Assembly: GCA_900313645.1 (NCBI GenBank)
Contig: OMSA01000005.1
Coordinates: 1-34,138, forward strand
Direction of reading: 5' to 3'
Length of the DNA: 34,138 nt
Source: an uncultured Methanobrevibacter sp.
GTDB lineage: Archaea; Methanobacteriota; Methanobacteria; Methanobacteriales; Methanobacteriaceae
The notes under the pieces were generated by a model. That model did not search any database. It was not told where the DNA came from and saw only the letters and a list, made by a program, of their open reading frames with translations. Made by a program: the position numbers and the translations under genes. Positions within the stretch are counted from its first letter, which is position 1. Each line of letters begins with the position of its first letter. This document shows, piece after piece, positions 28,091 through 34,138 of this stretch.

Positions 28091-28363
28091 GATTAGTCCT
28101 CATAAATTATTAATCAAAATTATATTTAACTTTTGCAATATATAAAATGAATGATTAAAAAAATTATAATGAAAATTTAATTAACAAATATTAACAGTAA
28201 TTTTCAAAAAGAAGTTAATCATTCGATTTAAAAAGCATTTGTCAACTCTGAGATGGTTACTGTAAAATTATTCAGATTTGCATGAACATTTTATTTTACA
28301 TAAAAATATTTAAATTAATGAATATTACATAATTATATATAGACTAAATAAGGGTTGGGAACT

Positions 28364-29758
28364 ATGAATGAAATAACAATTTTAATTTGGATAACAATCG
28401 CAATTATCGCCATAATTGCTATAATACTTGTTAGACTACATTACAGAGGCGAACAGTTGGAGAATGACGAAGGTACAATCCTTCCAAACGGTGAAAATTT
28501 AAATAAAGCTTTATCCCTTGGTAAAGATATAATCCACACCAACAATCATGCTCAGAATAATGGCCCTCGTAGTTTATCCCCTCAAAATAGCCAAGATACC
28601 AGGCATTCCTTATTTAGAAATCAAAATGTAACTTCAAGTAGAAGTGATGCATATATTGTTCCGGAAGTTCAAGAAAACATGAAAAATTATGAATATGCAT
28701 CTCAAAATCAAGTGCTTATTAATTATGATAATACAGTTGAAAAATTTCAAGAACCAATAAAACAAAGCCAGATGGATATTATGACTCAGAATAATAAAAA
28801 TGAAGAAAACAGTGAATTGAAAGATTTATTTACAATCGATGAACTCATTAAAGAATCAAAAAGAAAAGACAGTGAAAGAGAAAAAGAATCTCAAAAAATT
28901 CACAAGGAAGAAAACGCTGAAGAGTTGGAAACCCTCAAAGAAAGTATCAAGAACAAAACAGAGACTCCACTTATTGAAGAAGTTATCAGCGAACAGAAAG
29001 AAGATAAAATCAGTGATTTAGTTAAAGATTCAGCTAGTGAAACCACATTAAAAGACACAGTCAGCGAATCTGAACCTAAAAAAGAAGTGGAAAGCGTTTC
29101 AAGTGCTACCCCTATCAAACAAGTAAATGAAATTGAAATGGCTGAACTTAAAGAACCTAAAAAAGTTGACAGAAGTAAAGATTATAAAATGGGTGCTTCA
29201 ATTGATGATGCAAACCTATTTGGCAGTTCAGAAGAAGGTATGGATTTAGATTACAGGAAAGATTTAGACAAATTCGCAAACAAAATCAAAGGATCTAAAA
29301 TCTTCCAAGAAGTAAAAGAAAAATTAACTCCTGAAACCCCTGAAGTATATCCTCCATACCAAGATGAAAGATTCATCAGAAACGTTAACGAATATGATGA
29401 ATACGAACCGATTATAAACGAAACACATCTTGAATATGATGCAACTTATGACGAATATCATGATTTTGAAAACACTCAAAGTTTAAGACAGAGAAACACA
29501 AGAAGAGTATTCAAAAATTCACCGATACCAGAACAGTCCCCAATCGGTTCCATTAAAGACAAACCTGTAAGAGACAACATAAAAATAACAATCAGCAATA
29601 CTGATTACGTACTTAAAAAAGGTGATGAAATTATCTTTAATCATTTGGGCGAAACTTATTCAAGCCAAGTTTATGCGATTAACGGTGATGACATTTCAGT
29701 TAAGTACAGACGCAAAAACATAACCATCAAACCAAAAGATGTGAAAAAGATATATTAA
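28364..29758 (+). CDS. Membrane-anchored hypothetical protein
   Basis: N-terminal TM helix, long charged low-complexity middle, small beta-rich C-terminal domain. Confidence 0.85.
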   Translation: MNEITILIWITIAIIAIIAIILVRLHYRGEQLENDEGTILPNGENLNKALSLGKDIIHTNNHAQNNGPRSLSPQNSQDTRHSLFRNQNVTSSRSDAYIVPEVQENMKNYEYASQNQVLINYDNTVEKFQEPIKQSQMDIMTQNNKNEENSELKDLFTIDELIKESKRKDSEREKESQKIHKEENAEELETLKESIKNKTETPLIEEVISEQKEDKISDLVKDSASETTLKDTVSESEPKKEVESVSSATPIKQVNEIEMAELKEPKKVDRSKDYKMGASIDDANLFGSSEEGMDLDYRKDLDKFANKIKGSKIFQEVKEKLTPETPEVYPPYQDERFIRNVNEYDEYEPIINETHLEYDATYDEYHDFENTQSLRQRNTRRVFKNSPIPEQSPIGSIKDKPVRDNIKITISNTDYVLKKGDEIIFNHLGETYSSQVYAINGDDISVKYRRKNITIKPKDVKKIY

Positions 29759-29770
29759 AATATCTTTTTT
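29744..29770. terminator. Hairpin between convergent genes
   Basis: AAAAAGATAT-ATTAAA-ATATCTTTTT with the stop codon in the loop. Confidence 0.55.
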
Positions 29771-29778
29771 ACAAAAAC

Positions 29779-30249
29779 TTATTTTTCTTGATGATTGATT
29801 CTATATTCCCCATTTTCAACAATATATTTTGGAACTATTATTTTTAAAGACCTGATAATATTCAGATAAAAGTCATCAAGCTCCCGGTCTGCATAAGGAT
29901 AAGTGAATTCAAAAATGTAGAGGTTATCATCTTTGACATATAGAAATTCATTACGTCTAATCTGATTTTCCCCATCTGAAAATGCAGAAATTATCATATA
30001 ATAAATCACGTCATTTATGACGATGAAATCGGAATTGATCAAATCTATTTTATCATTGTTTTCCAAATTCTTTTCAATGTCGGCTCTGATTTCTGGAAGC
30101 CCTACAAGTGTAGGTGTTGTTGAAAATTTAATGGACATTGGAATTTTGGTGTTGACCAGATATAATTCATTGAATTCATCTTTGGTATTTACTGCCTCAA
30201 AATCCTTTGGCATTTGAAGTGTTGAAAATCCGTTTGTAAACATAGTCAT
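29779..30249 (-). CDS. Hypothetical protein, possibly PsbP/Mog1-like fold
   Basis: LQMPKDF...YIFEFTY...IIRSLKI pattern; GGTGA RBS; 8 bp downstream of gltX. Confidence 0.7.
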   Translation of the reverse strand: MTMFTNGFSTLQMPKDFEAVNTKDEFNELYLVNTKIPMSIKFSTTPTLVGLPEIRADIEKNLENNDKIDLINSDFIVINDVIYYMIISAFSDGENQIRRNEFLYVKDDNLYIFEFTYPYADRELDDFYLNIIRSLKIIVPKYIVENGEYRINHQEK

Positions 30250-30257
30250 ATAATCAC

Positions 30258-31928
30258 CTATTTATGCGCAAAGTAAAATATCATCTCGTCATCCTTGATT
30301 TCGTCAAGTCTTGCAAATCCTACTCTTTCAAATTGGACAATGTCACCAACTTCCAAATCATTAAGGGCCTTTTCACCTAAACCTGTTTTAACTGATGCGT
30401 CATCCATGACTATTTTGACGTTGACATTTTCCTCGACAGGAACCCATTGGATAATTCTTGCCTTGACTTCACGGGCATCTTCAAAGGATGTGGAATGATA
30501 AACAATGTTTTCACCGTCAATTTCAACATTTACAGCATCCATCAGTCTGAATATTCCGTCTGCAATGTCTGACTGTGCAAGATAAGCTTCACCGTCAAAG
30601 GCCAGATGCCTGTTTCCTCTATCAGGATGGTCGGCATGAAGCGGTCTTTCAATATCCATTTTTCCTTCACTGTAGTTTTCAACACTGACTTTTACAGGGT
30701 TTTCACAGAAGAAATACCTGTTGGCTATCGGTTCTAGGAAATTGCGGTTTAAACCATAAATCTTTTTCCAGCTGATTGCGGAATCTGCCATTTTTACTCC
30801 AATTTCAATTATCAAATCATAAATTGTCTTTGGACTGATTCCACGTCTTGCAATTGCCCTTAAAGTACCTAGTCTTGGATCGTCCCATCCGGAATAGGTT
30901 CCATTTTCTATACCCTCTTTGGCTTTTGAGGTAGAAAGTGCAATGTCTTCCATTTTAAGTCTGCCGTAGTGAATATATTCAGGGACGTCCCATCCCATAT
31001 GGTCGTAGAGGTATTTCTGCTTTTCAGTGTTTGCAAGATGGTCTTTTCCTCTCAATACATGAGTCAGCCCCATTAAATGGTCATCTACCGCTACAGAGAA
31101 GTTCATCATCGGATAGATCCTGTATTTGTTTCCAAGTCTTGGGTGGGTTTCATCAACCAGTCTCATTGCTACCCAGTCACGGATTGCAGGGTTTTTATGA
31201 TTTATGTCTGTTTTTACTCTAAGTACTGCTTCACCGGCTTGCATAGTGTCGAACTTTTCCCACAATTCAAGGTTTTCTTCAACACTGTTGTCACGGCATG
31301 GGCATGCCTTACAGTTATCTTTAAGTTCTTTAAAGTCCCCGCCATCACAGGTACACATGTAAGCCGCGCCATTTTCAATTAGCTGGCGGGCATAATCGTA
31401 ATAAGTTTCAAACCTGTCTGACTGATAGATTACCTCATCAGGTTCGATTCCAAGCCATTTTAAATCTTCAGGAATCATTTGATATGCAGGTTCGAATACT
31501 CTTTTGGGATCGGTATCCTCAATTCTCAAAATCAGTTTACCGTTATGCCTTTTTACATATTCGGCATTAGGAACTGCTGCACGGGAGTGGCCAATATGCA
31601 ATGGTCCGCTCGGATTTGGTGCAAATCTCAATACAATGTTTTCATGAGTTCCGGGAAGCTCTTGAAGCCCTACTTCTTTTACTTTAGGCTTTTTGGTTTC
31701 AACTTCAACGCCTAATTTTTCCATTTCACTGGCTTGCTCTTCCGGAGATAATGCATTTACCTGCGCAACAATTTTTCCAGATAACGGTCCGATTTCCTTA
31801 GCTTTACTTCTAAGTTCCGGTTCATTAGCCATTATTGAACCCATTACAGCTCCAGGATTTGCAGACCCCTTATGTTTAGCTGCATTGAGTAAAGCATGTT
31901 TATAGACAATTTTTTCTAAATCATTCAT
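30258..31928 (-). CDS. gltX: Glutamyl-tRNA synthetase (archaeal type)
   Basis: RFAPNPSGPLHIGH, RIEDTDP, LRGKDH, LSTSK, WDDPRLGT and QFERVGF. Confidence 0.98.
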   Translation of the reverse strand: MNDLEKIVYKHALLNAAKHKGSANPGAVMGSIMANEPELRSKAKEIGPLSGKIVAQVNALSPEEQASEMEKLGVEVETKKPKVKEVGLQELPGTHENIVLRFAPNPSGPLHIGHSRAAVPNAEYVKRHNGKLILRIEDTDPKRVFEPAYQMIPEDLKWLGIEPDEVIYQSDRFETYYDYARQLIENGAAYMCTCDGGDFKELKDNCKACPCRDNSVEENLELWEKFDTMQAGEAVLRVKTDINHKNPAIRDWVAMRLVDETHPRLGNKYRIYPMMNFSVAVDDHLMGLTHVLRGKDHLANTEKQKYLYDHMGWDVPEYIHYGRLKMEDIALSTSKAKEGIENGTYSGWDDPRLGTLRAIARRGISPKTIYDLIIEIGVKMADSAISWKKIYGLNRNFLEPIANRYFFCENPVKVSVENYSEGKMDIERPLHADHPDRGNRHLAFDGEAYLAQSDIADGIFRLMDAVNVEIDGENIVYHSTSFEDAREVKARIIQWVPVEENVNVKIVMDDASVKTGLGEKALNDLEVGDIVQFERVGFARLDEIKDDEMIFYFAHK

Positions 31929-32055
31929 GTAATCATCACAATTTTTTAATTTAAAATAAAAATAAGCAATATTATTTATTTAATTGAAGATATATAAATA
32001 TTAAGAAGAGTAGTTATAAAAGATTGGAGTTCGATAAAACATTAGGTTGATGTAA

Positions 32056-33063
32056 ATGAACGAATATGTTGAAACCGCAAAACAATTCATTGAAGAAGAA
32101 AATTATAAAGAAGCTCTTAAATTGGCCAGAAAAAGGCATGGAAAAGATGATGTTGATTCATACCTCAAAATATTGGATTTGTTGATTGAAAATGAACATC
32201 TGCCTGCCTTGGAAGAAAAGGGGATTTATTATCAATATTATGACGATGCCCATGACAATGGAGATTATGGTGAAAAATACTTCGACGAGTATCTCGAAAA
32301 GCAACCAAGATCAGTAAATGCATTATGCGATAAAGCAATGTCCAGATTCAACAAGGGCGAAGTTGATGAAGCTTTGGATTATATGAACAAGGCTTATGAT
32401 AAATATTCTTCCTATTCAAAAATTGAAAAACCACGCATTTCCAAAAAGGAACTGTCAATGGCAAAAATTGAGCTTCAAATTCAGGCAAAAAGATATGCAG
32501 ATGCTCTAAAAGACCTTGACAGATATGAAAATCAGTTTGGCGGAGATGAAAAATCAGATCTCTACAAAGGCCAGATGCTTCAAAAGAATGGCAAGAACCG
32601 GGAGGCTCTTGAGTATATAGAAAAGTCTCTTCAAAACGAAGACACTCTTATCGGATTTAACGCCAAAGGTGACGCATTATATGAACTTAAACAGTATGAC
32701 GAGGCATTGAAGGCCTATAAAAACTGTTTGCACTATGAAAGCAAAGTCACTGACGATTTGGAACTTGTAACCAATTTCAATTACAAATCAGCATTCTGCT
32801 GCATAAAAAAAGGCGACGACCAAGAAGCGGTCAAATACCTAAACAAAACCATTAACATGTTAAACGAACACGGAAGGCTTCCTCGTGAACTTGAAGAGAT
32901 TTATCAGAAATGCTCTTTTGAAAAAGAAAGGATTATGAAAACCGGCACCGTTAAGGATGAGGAATTCAGAAAAACAAGATTCTTTTCAGCAAGAACAAGC
33001 ATTTTAATTTTAATAGTAATTATAATTTTGTATATTATACTAAAAATGAACGGATATGGATAA
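32056..33063 (+). CDS. Tetratricopeptide-repeat protein with C-terminal transmembrane tail
   Basis: Repeated KG..L...K.Y.EAL..Y units; ILILIVIIILYIIL at the C-terminus. Confidence 0.88.
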   Translation: MNEYVETAKQFIEEENYKEALKLARKRHGKDDVDSYLKILDLLIENEHLPALEEKGIYYQYYDDAHDNGDYGEKYFDEYLEKQPRSVNALCDKAMSRFNKGEVDEALDYMNKAYDKYSSYSKIEKPRISKKELSMAKIELQIQAKRYADALKDLDRYENQFGGDEKSDLYKGQMLQKNGKNREALEYIEKSLQNEDTLIGFNAKGDALYELKQYDEALKAYKNCLHYESKVTDDLELVTNFNYKSAFCCIKKGDDQEAVKYLNKTINMLNEHGRLPRELEEIYQKCSFEKERIMKTGTVKDEEFRKTRFFSARTSILILIVIIILYIILKMNGYG

Positions 33064-34012
33064 TGTGAGACTTGGAAAAACAAATTTAGAAGTTAACAAG
33101 ATAGGTTTTGGTGCTCTGCCAATTCAGAGAAGAAATATGGAGGATTCAATTGAAATATTACACAAGGCATATGAATCCGGTGTCGATTTTTATGACACTG
33201 CACGTTTTTACACTGACAGTGAAGAGAAACTGGGAAAGGCATTTGAAGATGTCAGAAGCGAAATCTATCTGGCTTCAAAAACAGCTGCAGAAACCCCTGA
33301 AGATTTCTGGCATGATTTGGAGACAACACTTAAAGAATTGAAAACCGATTATCTAGATTTGTATCAACATCACAATATCTCATTTTGTCCAAAAAAAGAT
33401 GATGATTTAGCAAAAGCAATGATTCAGGCAAAAGAGGACGGTATGATAAAACATATCGGTATCACCACACATAAAATCACATTTGCCCATGAAGCTATTG
33501 AAAGTGGACTTTATGAAACATTGCAATATCCATTTTCATATTTAAGCGGTGCAGAAGAGCTTGAACTGGTTGAAAAATGTAAGAGTCATGACATGGGATT
33601 TATTGCAATGAAAGCTATGGGCGGAGGACTTTTAAATGATTCCAAAGCAGGTTTTGCATTTATGAACCAATTTGATCCTTCAGATTTGGGATTGGATGAT
33701 GAACTGCAAAAGATTATTGAAAATGACAAAAAAGAGTTGGGAGATAACTTCTGCAGAGGCTGCGCCTACTGTATGCCATGTCCTGAGGAAATCAACATAA
33801 GCTTATGTGCAAGAATGTCTTTATGGATTAGGCGTTTTCCAACAGAACCATACCTAACCGAAGAATATCAGGAAATTGTTAATGCTACCAAGAACTGTAC
33901 CGAATGCTATTCATGTGTAGACAAATGTCCGTATGAACTGGACATTCCGGAACTTTTAAAGGAAAATTACGAAGACTACATGAATGTTTTAGAGGGGAGA
34001 ACAAAAATATGA
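33056..34012 (+). CDS. Aldo/keto reductase with C-terminal [4Fe-4S] ferredoxin-like domain
   Basis: RLGKT, DTARFY, SK, DYLDLYQHH, HIGITTH and AMKAMGGG; CRGCAYCMPCP and CTECYSCVDKCP. Confidence 0.93.
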   Translation: MDNVRLGKTNLEVNKIGFGALPIQRRNMEDSIEILHKAYESGVDFYDTARFYTDSEEKLGKAFEDVRSEIYLASKTAAETPEDFWHDLETTLKELKTDYLDLYQHHNISFCPKKDDDLAKAMIQAKEDGMIKHIGITTHKITFAHEAIESGLYETLQYPFSYLSGAEELELVEKCKSHDMGFIAMKAMGGGLLNDSKAGFAFMNQFDPSDLGLDDELQKIIENDKKELGDNFCRGCAYCMPCPEEINISLCARMSLWIRRFPTEPYLTEEYQEIVNATKNCTECYSCVDKCPYELDIPELLKENYEDYMNVLEGRTKI

Positions 34013-34138
34013 AACAGTGCATTGAAAACCCGAATGACATTGACTGGAGCAGTTTTTGGGCTGAAAAATTAGCAAACAAAAAAGATAAGGACTGGGACAA
34101 GGCCGCACCAGGATTTTATAAACGAACAATAAAAGACG
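34009..34138 (+). CDS. 5' end of a gene running off the window, possibly a SAM-dependent methyltransferase
   Basis: ATGA overlap and GGGGAG RBS; open to the window end: MKQCIENPNDIDWSSFWAEKLANKKDKDWDKAAPGFYKR; WD..A..F is typical of methyltransferase N-termini. Confidence 0.7.
   Translation, partial: MKQCIENPNDIDWSSFWAEKLANKKDKDWDKAAPGFYKRTIKD

Noticed and set aside
28182-28193. TAACAAATATTA upstream of dapL as a sixth operator copy
   Set aside because: Lacks the invariant G and the TAT flank; expected by chance in AT-rich DNA
33885-34100. 71-aa minus-strand ORF
   Set aside because: Antisense to the reductase and to the next plus-strand gene

Overview
AT-rich archaeal chromosomal window, most consistent with a Methanobacteriales methanogen (Methanobrevibacter-like). 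Support: GGTGA/GGAG ribosome-binding sites, TTTAWATA boxes, S8e, a split family-B polymerase small subunit, a DUF2121/Connectase, and archaeal PheRS-alpha and GluRS. Most genes are housekeeping (rps8e, polB2, xth, pheS, citG, hemB, aroC, ADP-forming acyl-CoA synthetase, purA, dapL, gltX). The notable part is a ~9 kb block (14.5-23.6 kb). It holds two paralogous orphan NitT/TauT-type binding proteins, two different glutamate-cysteine-ligase-like genes (one frameshifted), an EgtC/YafJ-like class II amidotransferase, a ubiquitin-like ThiS/MoaD protein, a [4Fe-4S]-type LarE, an E1-like ThiF lacking the usual zinc and catalytic cysteines, and an atypical FdhD. Five copies of the palindrome TAAC-W4-GTTA(TAT) lie at promoters of this block, suggesting one sulfur/thiol regulon. 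The block also contains a ~220-nt four-hairpin ncRNA candidate. A structured rps8e 5' leader and a small EF-hand-like acidic protein are also visible. I saw no CRISPR array, tRNA, rRNA or IS element. Family assignments come from motif recognition, not database searches.
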